Notes under the pieces: generated by a model
What the model saw: the letters and a program-made list of their open reading frames with translations, nothing else
Told to the model about the DNA's origin: nothing
Database searches by the model: none
Program-made: the position numbers and the translations under genes
Assembly: GCA_963726265.1 (NCBI GenBank)
Contig: CAVSBQ010000002.1
Coordinates: 256,001 to 320,000, forward strand
Direction: 5' to 3'
Origin: Candidatus Aenigmatarchaeota archaeon
Lineage (GTDB): Archaea; Aenigmatarchaeota; Aenigmatarchaeia; QMZP01; QMZT01
Length of the DNA stretch: 64,000 nucleotides
Part shown: positions 1 through 9,056 of the stretch, one piece after another
How the letters are laid out: each line of letters begins with the position of its first letter
How positions within the stretch are numbered: the first letter of the stretch is position 1

Positions 1-501
1 TCTTCGCCTTCTCCGCCTCCATCGCTCTCATAAGCATTTCCTTTATCCTCGCCTTTTCCATGCCGAAGTAGCGCTCGAGTTCCTTGGTGGCCATGAGCTT
101 TGACGTTCGCCCTTCTTTCTCGGCTTTTATCAGCCCTTTTTTGCGCAGGAACTTGACGTAGGCATAGGCTTTGTTGCCCTGGATGTGGACGACCTCGCTC
201 TGTTTTACCGGCTCCTTATACACAACCAGCGCTAACGTTCGTTTATGGCCGTCCTTCAGGTCGGAGTAAGGGGTCAGGTGCGCGACCTTCGGGAGGACGT
301 CCGGCTTGACCCGCATGTGCCAGCCTTCGGGATTGGAAATCACCTCGACGCCTTTCGCCTCGTTTTCGTATTCCTTCACAGGCCTTCAAGCAGCTTCTTG
401 ACGTTCGTCGGCGTAACGCCCGTTATCTTCGCTATCTCTTCCGCGCTCATCGGCCTCGAGGCCATGAACAGCGCCGCTTCGACAAGCTTCCTCGACATCA
501 T
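1..501 (-). CDS. scpB: SMC-Scp complex subunit ScpB (3' end outside window; frameshift near 378)
   Basis: Manual translation: MMSRKLVEAALFMASRPMSAEEIAK, then shifted frame GWHMRVKP...RTLALVVYKEPVKQSEVVHIQG...TKELERYFG, a ScpB pattern. GAGGTG RBS upstream. Confidence 0.88.
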
Positions 502-626
502 AGCACCTCAAAAGCATCTGAAAACATCTTATACTATTATTGTCGGCGAAATTTTAAATTGTTCTGTCGTTGCCTATCCTTTCCAAAAAATTCTGTTATT
601 TAAGAGTAACGTACCATAATTTAATC

Positions 627-785
627 ATGGAATGGGGCTTGAAAATAGTCGTAATTGCGATGCTGCTCATAGTGTTTTTCGTGATAGTTGTCATGCTCAT
701 GACCAGCTGGTCCGGCCAGTCCAACAATGCCGTGAACGGTATTTTCGACTTTCTCAAAGGCCTAGGAGGCGGCCAGATAAAGTGA
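627..785 (+). CDS. Small pilin-like membrane protein
   Basis: MEWGLKIVVIAMLLIVFFVIVVMLM: single N-terminal hydrophobic helix; TATA-like TTTAAG about 25 nt upstream; first gene of the pilin-like cluster. Confidence 0.6.
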   Translation: MEWGLKIVVIAMLLIVFFVIVVMLMTSWSGQSNNAVNGIFDFLKGLGGGQIK

Positions 786-853
786 GCATGCCGCCACTCG
801 CAGCCGAAGCGAAAACCAAAGTTTAAATAGGGCCTAGGCACATATTAATCAAT

Positions 854-1150
854 ATGAGAGAGTCATTAGAGCTTGTGATTATAGCTATTACGCTTCTTGT
901 GGCGGCGCTAGTTGTTCTGACGATTTTTGGAAGTGGAATGTCACCTTTCGGTAACTTGACATCATTCAAAACCAACTGTATAACTACCGGACAGGTTGCA
1001 TGCACAAGCGGCGGATCAGAACCTGCAACTTGGTATCAAAAGGTCAATGTCGGCGGCGAACAAAAAAGCTGCTCAGATATAGCGACATTCGGCACATGTT
1101 GCACAGGCACACCACCAAAATGGAATAGCCAATCATCTGGTTGCGCTTAG
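854..1150 (+). CDS. Type IV pilin-like protein, Cys-rich C-terminus
   Basis: MRESLELVIIAITLLVAALVVL: SLE motif plus hydrophobic helix; several Cys; TTTAAATA upstream. Confidence 0.7.
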   Translation: MRESLELVIIAITLLVAALVVLTIFGSGMSPFGNLTSFKTNCITTGQVACTSGGSEPATWYQKVNVGGEQKSCSDIATFGTCCTGTPPKWNSQSSGCA

Positions 1151-1186
1151 TCTTCTATTTTTATATGGTTTTGTCAATTATTACTC

Positions 1187-1564
1187 ATGAGACTTTCTCT
1201 TGAAATCACGGTTATTGCGATTGTTCTACTGGTGATAGCTGCGGTGCTCATAGGCATTTTTGTGACGGGCGTAAACAATGTAAGTCCTTACACAGATGCC
1301 AGGGCCAACTGCATCAATACCGGCTTCTCAGTATGCAAGTCTATGGGAGTTCTGCCGCCCATGTGGTCGACACAGACATATATTTACAATGGCCAGCAGC
1401 AGACATGCCAGCAGATAACCGGATACAATGACTGCTCTCCTCTCGGCATCCCGAAGTGCTCCGGAACATGCAAAATCAGTTGTGACCTGTCGACAGAAAA
1501 GGAAATACCATCGACCCAGGGCACTTGCACCATTGGTCAGATATGCTGCACGAAAAAGGTTTAA
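1187..1564 (+). CDS. Type IV pilin-like protein, Cys-rich; paralog of 854-1150
   Basis: MRLSLEITVIAIVLLVIAAVL; shares NCIxTG..xC...P.xW...C with the previous ORF; extra C-terminal Cys-rich module. Confidence 0.72.
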   Translation: MRLSLEITVIAIVLLVIAAVLIGIFVTGVNNVSPYTDARANCINTGFSVCKSMGVLPPMWSTQTYIYNGQQQTCQQITGYNDCSPLGIPKCSGTCKISCDLSTEKEIPSTQGTCTIGQICCTKKV

Positions 1565-1570
1565 ACCTTT

Positions 1571-3783
1571 TCAAGAAGGCCACGTTATTGCTCTATCTCT
1601 GCCGACTTCTGTCAAGAAACCCGTCCCTGCGCCCAAGAATAAAAGCAGGTATGTTGGATTTCCTTGAAAACAAGCAGCGATCGCGAGACCAGCGCTGGCG
1701 GCTCTTCCTGCCCACGTGAGTACAACCTGTCCTGTGCTAAGGTATCTGACACAATAGTTATTACCTTCAACATCAGTTCTTTTGCTTCCCATCCCTGTCA
1801 AATCAATGGTAATGCCGTCTATCATACATTCGCCAACACTGATGCTTTTTGTTGCAAAGGTCTCATCACCGATTTCTTGCATGTCATTATAAATCAAATA
1901 ATTTTCGTCGGCATAAACGCCTATCTCATCATATTTTCCATTGAGGTCATTGTCTCCGATAATCCAAAAACATTTGTTTGGCCAGTCGCTAACAGCGTCG
2001 CCTGTTTTTTTGCATTTATCATTGTTTATCCTAAACAAAACAAACTCAACCGGTATGAAATCCGTAGTTACTTTGCTCCTGTTAATGAATATGGTAATGT
2101 CGTCCAGGATGTTGGCCGCATCTTGCTGAACTCCTGGTGTTTTTTTCAGTTCATCTGTTGAAAAATAGCAGGGAGATATTTGTTCAGTTCATTCTCAGGT
2201 ATGCCGATAAAATATAATGATGATGGTGGGAGGCCTAAATCATAACATTTCAAAGGTATGTCTTCAATGATTTTTTCTTCAAGGTTTACACCACCTGTGC
2301 TCAAATCAACATCGTGGTAATCAAAATAATAATAAGTGAAGTAGCTGTTGCTCGTATCTACTTTTTTGAACAAAAGATATGTTTGCCTGTTTTCATTTAC
2401 CTTTCTTAAAGGCAGGTAAATCTTGCCGACAGCCTCTACGCTTTGGTTGTTTGTTTCGCCGAACAGATCCTTGCTGTCATCTTTTGACAAGGCCTCCAGA
2501 ATGTCAAAGACGTCATAACCTATATAACTGTTCACAGAATCTTTATCGAAATTATTACATATGTGGTATTTTGCATTGTTGCCTATACTATCTGGATCGG
2601 CGCATGTTGTCGATCCTGTGTTTGGGTCATACACATACTTTTCACACAAGAAATTGTTTTTGGCTACGTCGAAATTACTGAGATAGCATGGTGAAGCCAT
2701 ATGAAAATTTTTCTCCACTGTTCCTGCTTCCGGTTTCCATTTCAGTATAACCGGTTTGCCCTCGAGCTTGCTGTCAAGATTAAATTCTTCCTTCTCCTCG
2801 AAAGGCGATTTTAAAATAATTTTATTTCCGGATGGTATGTATTTTGCTGTGTCACTCGAGTAAAGAGCTAAAGCAATTGCCGCAGTTTCCATCGTTGCGA
2901 ATCTTTTTCCTGTTTTCGTTATAAATTGCGTCAGGCCATATTTTTCTATCCTGTCCGTGATTATTTTTTTAATAGCTTCCTCTTTTATATATTCGTTTAG
3001 GATTTGGGTTCTGCCTTCGTATTTTATGGCATTTTTAACCAGCTTTTTGACTCCTTCTTCACCCATTTTTTCTATTTCCTCTTTAGCAGCCTCTTTACTA
3101 AGTTCAATCCCAGCTTTTTTTGATAGCATCTGTACCACAAATTCTTCGGAGGGCTTTATCAGCATGGCTGCATCTCTTTCACCACAAACCCGGCAATTTT
3201 AGTTGGCGGTATCAAAGAAACCAGAGCGAACATAAGATGCACTTTCCAATTGCTTTGTAAAGTCCACGTATCTTCATCGCTTGGGAATACATTCCAATAT
3301 GTAATAAACGCAGATCTCCATAATATGGTATCCAGTCTTCTTTCTTTGAAATGTCCTGAGGAAGTTTAAAATTTTTGACAGTGCATCTTGTACTCGTTGT
3401 TTCAATCCCGTTACACTCTACGCTAGTTTCTCCGATGCTGTAATTTTGGCTAGCCGTTCCTGAATTAATGCCATTTGGCTGCTCAGATGATGTTGCCGTC
3501 GCGGTTGCTGTTTTAGAGTATTTTGTATTCAAACCCGGAACATTGGTCCTCATTTGTTGAAACGGTGTTTATGGCGCAAGTCAATGCATCGACAGATGCC
3601 TTGAGAGGTTTCATAATATGCCATTGTATTAGTTTTCTTGCCGAAAAGCTTGTCCATCTGCTTCCCAAACTCACCAAGAAAGCCGCTCTGGCTGGCGATG
3701 CCGCCTATTATTATGATGGTAAACAGCACGACAAGAACCATTCCAATCGGCGTTTTCAAGAAATCTTCTTGGCCCTTCCTCAT
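1571..3783 (-). CDS. Large pilin-like (class III signal) exported protein, split into four ORF fragments
   Basis: N-terminus MRKG|QEDFL followed by a hydrophobic helix; collinear fragments 3550-3783, 3212-3553, 2146-3165 and 1571-2038. That these form one gene is inference. Confidence 0.55.
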
Positions 3784-3796
3784 AATTAATAATTGA

Positions 3797-3821
3797 TATT
3801 TGATTTATATATAATCAAATA
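3797..3821. promoter_or_regulatory. Perfect 9-bp inverted repeat enclosing a TATA box in the divergent promoter region
   Basis: TATTTGATT-TATATAT-AATCAAATA, 14-38 nt upstream of the minus-strand ATG at 3783. Confidence 0.5.
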
Positions 3822-3886
3822 AAAGCGATGGCTGATTGGCGAATCTGGTTTCAAATTTAATAAGCAGGCCGCTTAAAATATTAAAT

Positions 3887-3997
3887 ATGAAGGCATTCTC
3901 CCAGCTTCTGACCGGAGGCATGATAACCTTTTTCATGGGTGTGGTAGTTTTCGTCATAATGGCGCTGCTTGCCGCGAAATGGCTGGGTTATATATGA
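3887..3997 (+). CDS. 36-aa pilin-like peptide (not in ORF track)
   Basis: MKA|FSQLLTGGMITFFMGVVVFVIMALLAAKWLGYI; TTTAATAA about 25 nt upstream; its stop overlaps the GAGGTG RBS of the next gene. Confidence 0.6.
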   Translation: MKAFSQLLTGGMITFFMGVVVFVIMALLAAKWLGYI

Positions 3998-4007
3998 GGT
4001 GCTATGC

Positions 4008-4205
4008 ATGAAAAAAGGTCAGACTCCGGACATGCTGTTCTGGTTTGTTACAATACTCATTGCAGTCGGCGTTGCTATAGTGCTTACCCTTTTCTTCGTA
4101 AATACGTCAAAGACCTTCGACAGGCCTTCGGAAGAAAATCCGCTTATACAGAATGTTGCGCCGTTGGTTCTTTTGATGTTTTTTAAGCTCAGAAAACAAA
4201 TATAA
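4008..4205 (+). CDS. Pilin-like protein (class III signal peptide)
   Basis: MKKG|QTPDMLFWFVTILIAVGVAIVLTLFF; GAGGTG RBS. Confidence 0.7.
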   Translation: MKKGQTPDMLFWFVTILIAVGVAIVLTLFFVNTSKTFDRPSEENPLIQNVAPLVLLMFFKLRKQI

Positions 4206-4209
4206 GTTT

Positions 4210-4778
4210 ATGAAAAGGGGTTCTCAGAGTTTGATAATCTTCACTGCCGTGGCTGCAGTTTTTATCGTTCTTGCATTGGTTATAGGTAACAGATGGTTTA
4301 CGTATTTGGTCAATGGCAAATGCGTTTCAGACACACTGAGGGACATCGATATCATGACAGACCAGTTCAAGAGTTCTTCAACGGAATGGCACGCAATAGC
4401 TATAAGGATGAATGACTGATACAGCGGCGTAGTCTTCGCTAACGGTCAGCAATGGAAGACCGTTACAGAGCTAAAGGGTATGAAAGAGGTGAAATGCAGC
4501 GATGATGCGGACGCACACATATTAATCTTCAAGAGGGATATAGGGTTGGTGGAGGCAATTAAATCAAGGAAAAAGTACTGGCTGCTGTGATTGCACGTGA
4601 TGTAACTTTGAGGGATGTATACGGCTATACGTTTTTTACCAATATGCCGGGAGGGGTTCTGGCAGGCTCGGGGTAAAGGATGAGTCTCTGATTTATTGTC
4701 TCGTATTCAGGATAGATCAAAAAAACAAGGGAATAGAAATAACCAAATGGGAAACTGTCAGCGCAAAGGAGAAATGTA
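4210..4778 (+). CDS. Pilin-like protein, interrupted after 4419 (end approximate)
   Basis: MKRG|SQSLIIFTAVAAVFIVLALVIG; coding-like sequence continues to about 4778 across frame breaks. Confidence 0.5.
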
Positions 4779-4791
4779 AAATTTGATTACG

Positions 4792-5997
4792 ATGAAACTC
4801 AAGGGCGACATACCCGGAGAAAGGATGATGATTTTCATTGGCGTGGTACTCATAGGCATGCTTTTTCTGACCACAATTATTCTGCAAACGCTTACGCCAA
4901 ACCTTAAATCCAGCGAGGAAGCAAGATTCTCCCTATTTCGCGCACACCATTGCTTCATATATAGGGATGTTGTCGAGCGTTGAAAGCGGCGTGGTGGAAA
5001 GGGACTTCGAGGAACCGGTAGACATACAAATCAAAAAATATACATGGATAGGAACGTTGACGCATATGAGACAGAGGCCCGCCGTCTATTATGTAGAGGT
5101 TCGTTTACAGGAAAGGGGATCAAAAAAGCAAAAAGATGTTCCCTGACATGACAAATTGCGAAGTCGACTGCCTCAACGAGAACTGCAAATGTGAAAGCTG
5201 TTCTGAGGGTGAATGCACCATTGTCTCTCTTGAAAAATCGACCACCAGCGAGGCCGTTCCTTTCATAGGTTTCGTTGACACGGGCAGTGAAAATTCAATT
5301 AACATAACAGGCATGAGATTCGTATCGCTCCGAAAAGATTCGTCTTCCCAAAGGCGTCAAAATCGGCAAAGTCGAGATAAGTATCTTTTTGTACAGAGCC
5401 CTCTGAAAGCGATATTATAAACGTAATAGACAGTTACTGCGCTAAATACGGCCTTGACAAGAATGTCGTGAAGGCGCACATAACAGCCGAAACCGGCTTC
5501 AAGCATTGCGGCCCTGAGGGAGAAATTATAGGTTCAGAGGCCGGTGCCCAAGGAATAATGCAGCTTTTGCCCGCAAACGGCAAACGAAATGGCCACAAAA
5601 TACAACGAGAATATAGATTACCGGAACCCTCTCGACAACATAAAGGCGGGCATACTTTATCTTTACGACAGAAGGATGGTGATGGAACAATACACGCAAA
5701 GGGAGGATCTTGACAGGGTGATGGTCGCCAGTTATAACTGCGGCAAAATAGTTGAACTGGTTCAAAAAAATCTGCAATAAAAACGAAGCCGGATGCTGGA
5801 GCAATGTGGAAAAATACATAAATTCCAAAAACCCAGAGGGAACATACTGCCAGGGGGCGAATGGTGATGAAACTTATAACCATGTGAAAAAGGTTTTCGA
5901 AAAGTATAAGCCTTGTTTCGAAAACAACCCCACCTGTTATTTCGCGTGTTTCGGCTCGTCGTGTGCGGCTAGATTGTGGGAGGTTACGGTAAAATGA
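4792..5997 (+). CDS. Pilin-like protein with C-terminal lytic transglycosylase (SLT/GH23) domain; multiple frameshifts
   Basis: N-terminus MKLKG|DIPGE plus hydrophobic helix. Joining frames over about 5381-5997 gives YGLDKNVVKAHITAETG...SEAGAQGIMQLLP...NPLDNIKAGILYL...MVASYNCG...DETYNHVKKV, i.e. the SLT motifs in order. The join to the pilin N-terminus is inferred. Confidence 0.78.
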
Positions 5998-6422
5998 AGG
6001 GAGACTACGAGTTTCTGAACATAACTTTCGCATTGATCATATTCATGGGCACAATAGTGCTGATTGTGCTGATGATAAGGGGCAACATACTAAGCTTCAG
6101 CGGAGGCGTGGCCTCCGATGTGACTCAAATAAATGCAATAGAAGCTTCTCACATGGTTGAATATTGCTTCACAAGCATGGAAGGCGGCGACTCGGAGAAC
6201 ATAGCAACCACGCTTCTTGACAAATACAACGGCAAGAGCATCGCTGAGATATGCAAAATAGACAAGCCGGAGATAAAAGTTGAGATAATAGACATGGAAA
6301 ACGAGAAAAAATGGAGCTTCGGCACAGTTTCGAAATCGAATCACGAAATATGGGTTTCAATAATTTACGAAAATGCAGGCGTTAAAAGTGTAAATATGGG
6401 GAAGATGAATGTCGAAATATAG
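5994..6422 (+). CDS. Pilin-like protein (class III signal peptide)
   Basis: MKG|DYEFLNITFALIIFMGTIVLIVLMI; start overlaps the upstream stop (ATGA). Confidence 0.7.
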   Translation: MKGDYEFLNITFALIIFMGTIVLIVLMIRGNILSFSGGVASDVTQINAIEASHMVEYCFTSMEGGDSENIATTLLDKYNGKSIAEICKIDKPEIKVEIIDMENEKKWSFGTVSKSNHEIWVSIIYENAGVKSVNMGKMNVEI

Positions 6423-7404
6423 CGGAATGGTCGACACCATAGTCCTCGTTGTGATAGCTGCGGCACTGCTTGGGGCTTTTTTCATATTCATTCAGATAAA
6501 CAACTTCATAGGCATAATAAAAATAAAGGGAGAGGTTGATGTTTACCTGAACATACAGGATCAAGGAACACAACTGCTCAGTTTCCTCAAATCCCAGAAA
6601 AGCGGCACTAACTACATGGGAATGCTGGGTTCATATGCGGCAAAGGATACACCGGATGAATATGACAAAGAAATAACTTCGACATTGCAGAAGCTTGGAG
6701 ATTATGACCTTTTCGTCCAAAATCAGAGCCAGGAAATAATAAAGGAATTCAAATCAGTAAATTCACCAGCAGGCGGACAGAATATAGGTGTTGTGATAAA
6801 ACTTGACTGGCCGTTGAAAAATCACAATACGATAAACAACGGATACGGATGGAGGGATCTGTCTGGCAAAAGGGATTTCCATGGAGGCCTGGACTTTGCA
6901 GTCACGGAAGAAGAAGTTTATTCCGCATACCCGACTGGTAAAGTCGTAAGGATGGGCAAGGGGTGTGAACCGTCACCAAATGTCTGTGCTAATGTCGATT
7001 CTTGTGCTACAAGTAACGATCAGTATTGCTGCTGCAATAGCGGCCTTGGGAATTTCGTTGTGATAAAGCACGAAATTAGCGGAGAAACTTTCTACACGCA
7101 TTATGACCATCTTAAAGAGGTTTACGTCCACATGAATGACGAAATAGGTAAGGATATAATGCCAGACCAGCCTATAGCGAAGTCAGGCAATACAGGGTAT
7201 ATACAGGGGGAGAACGGCTATCATCTTCATTTCGAAATGAGCAAGAGCGAAATTAAAAGCGATGACGCCTCCATAGACCCTTGCATCTATTTCCCACAGC
7301 CTGTGCCAGTAAACTGCGAACAGGAATCGCATCGGCCTGCTGGCCTTTCGGTTGATATACCGCTTCCTAATGGGCAGGTTGGAGAGGTATCGTTGATAAC
7401 ATGA
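6409..7404 (+). CDS. M23-family zinc metallopeptidase with pilin-like N-terminal helix
   Basis: GYGWR...FHGGLDF (HxxxD), GLGNFVVIKH, YTHYDHL, SGNTG, HLHFE (HxH), IDP; N-terminus MSKYSG|MVDTIVLVVIAAALL. Confidence 0.9.
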   Translation: MSKYSGMVDTIVLVVIAAALLGAFFIFIQINNFIGIIKIKGEVDVYLNIQDQGTQLLSFLKSQKSGTNYMGMLGSYAAKDTPDEYDKEITSTLQKLGDYDLFVQNQSQEIIKEFKSVNSPAGGQNIGVVIKLDWPLKNHNTINNGYGWRDLSGKRDFHGGLDFAVTEEEVYSAYPTGKVVRMGKGCEPSPNVCANVDSCATSNDQYCCCNSGLGNFVVIKHEISGETFYTHYDHLKEVYVHMNDEIGKDIMPDQPIAKSGNTGYIQGENGYHLHFEMSKSEIKSDDASIDPCIYFPQPVPVNCEQESHRPAGLSVDIPLPNGQVGEVSLIT

Positions 7405-8150
7405 AAAAAGCACAAGGCGCGGTTTTATTGGCAATAATGTTAATAGTAATTACTGTAATAATAATAAGCAGCCTTCAATTTTACTTGTCCAGCAGCATAG
7501 AAAAAAAATCAGAACTCCAATTCGATGAAGACCTTTATGTAACCGAGAATGCACTCAGGCTATCCAAGCTTTATCTGGAAACGGCCCTAGATTACTCTGT
7601 TTATCAGGCAATGTTTGATGCAGGAAAGGATGGTCTACCTAAAAACATCGATGACCTGAAAGGTAAACTCGCGTCTAAAATTTCAGAAAACATGAAAAAA
7701 TACACGGAAAGGGAATTTAACTTCATAGGGAAAATAGCGAGACTTCCGACCTACGATAAAAATATGCTAACGATAGAAAAATTCGGCGAAAACGATTTAA
7801 ACGTTTCAGCCACAGGAAACGGTAATATTTATTTTGAGGAAACAACAACCGTGCAAATGGAGAAAAAATACATAAGACTTGAACTTTCGTCGTATCTGGA
7901 AAGAATTTACAGTTTCAATTTCTTTGGTCTTTATGAAAAAGCGCTGGAATTCTCGAACAAAATAAACGAGTGCGAAGACGAAAAGATAATCGACGGTATT
8001 TATGAGATTTCATTGGCGACGGACCAAAACAAAAAACCATGCAATGTCAAGGTTTCGGTTAAAGACGTCTCCCAAACCTTCCCCGTCTTCAACGGCAGGG
8101 AGGTTGCCTTCGAACCGGTCGTTTTCGAGTTCCTTGTGAGCGTCGCGTGA
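7401..8150 (+). CDS. Pilin-like protein (class III signal peptide)
   Basis: MKKA|QGAVLLAIMLIVITVIII; ATGA overlap with the M23 gene. Confidence 0.7.
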   Translation: MKKAQGAVLLAIMLIVITVIIISSLQFYLSSSIEKKSELQFDEDLYVTENALRLSKLYLETALDYSVYQAMFDAGKDGLPKNIDDLKGKLASKISENMKKYTEREFNFIGKIARLPTYDKNMLTIEKFGENDLNVSATGNGNIYFEETTTVQMEKKYIRLELSSYLERIYSFNFFGLYEKALEFSNKINECEDEKIIDGIYEISLATDQNKKPCNVKVSVKDVSQTFPVFNGREVAFEPVVFEFLVSVA

Positions 8151-8338
8151 GGCAGGCCGGAATATTTTATTGCCGGATTATTTTTGCACGCCCCGAGTAG
8201 TTAAAACTTTAAAAGCCAGCCTACAATTTATAAGTACGGCCAAGCTGATTGGCCAGCAGATGACAGCCAAAAGAGGCGAAAAAGCGGAACAGACTATTAG
8301 AACGAAACAACGACTGAGAAATTTAGGAGGTGCTTAGC

Positions 8339-8698
8339 ATGGCAGAAGAAAAGAGGGAAGCAAAACACGAAATCAGGGAAAACAGGCAAACCGAGGCAAG
8401 AACCGAGAGAACGGAGAGGCCGAGGTCAAGGGCGGACGACAACGTGGTATTCGTAGGTAAGAAGCCGACGATGTCATACGTCCTGGCCGTGATAACGCAG
8501 TTCTCCGAAGGGAGGAATGAGGTCCACATAAAAGCGAGAGGCCGCTCGATATCCAGGGCAGTCGATGTCGTGGAAGTCGTGAGGAACAGGTTCGTCAACA
8601 ACGTCAAGCACTCCATAGAGATAGGGACGGAGAAGCTAGTGGCCGAGAACAACATGGACATAAACGTCTCCACGATTGACATAAAACTCGTGAAGTAA
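8339..8698 (+). CDS. albA: DNA/RNA-binding protein Alba with charged N-terminal extension
   Basis: [15 protein letters not shown]...[14 protein letters not shown]...NVSTIDI; GGAGGTG RBS. Confidence 0.95.
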   Translation: MAEEKREAKHEIRENRQTEARTERTERPRSRADDNVVFVGKKPTMSYVLAVITQFSEGRNEVHIKARGRSISRAVDVVEVVRNRFVNNVKHSIEIGTEKLVAENNMDINVSTIDIKLVK

Positions 8699-8743
8699 TC
8701 AACCAAGCAGAAAAAAAGCGGAAGTTGCCTTTTTCTTTTATTT

Positions 8744-8768
8744 TAAAGCTTTTTCAGAAAAAGCTTTA
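8744..8768. terminator. 11-bp inverted repeat between convergent albA and tRNA-Leu
   Basis: TAAAGCTTTTT-CAG-AAAAAGCTTTA, preceded by T-rich tracts. Confidence 0.4.
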
Positions 8769-8824
8769 TCAAAAATCTCGCTTCCTTCCACGAAGGCTTA
8801 AGCGAAACGTGAAAATAAAAGAAA

Positions 8825-9006
8825 TGCGGGAGCGGAGAATCGAACTCCGGAAGGCACTAAGCCACAGGATTTCCTAAAGGGCTTAATCACAGGTCAGAAG
8901 ACCTCATAACCTAAGCCGAACAGACTTAAGTCCTGCCCCTTCAGCCCAAGACCACTTGGATGTACCATTCAGGTGGTCATGCGCTTGGCCACTCGGGAAC
9001 CCCCGC
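8825..9006 (-). tRNA. tRNA-Leu(TAA) with two introns (D-loop 8941-8984; canonical 37/38 8871-8924)
   Basis: Acceptor GCGGGGG/CTCCCGC, anticodon arm CAGGA-CTTAAGA-TCCTG after splicing, long variable arm, T arm CGGAG-TTCGATT-CTCCG; both introns form bulge-helix-bulge motifs. Confidence 0.9.
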
Positions 9007-9056
9007 AATTAGAATTAATTAATCTGGTATTAATAAAAAGCAGGTGCCGCCAGCGC

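Noticed and set aside
1571..5997. Dense frame breaks in the pilin cluster as phase variation
   Set aside because: Cannot be separated from the window-wide indel background; homopolymer runs are short.
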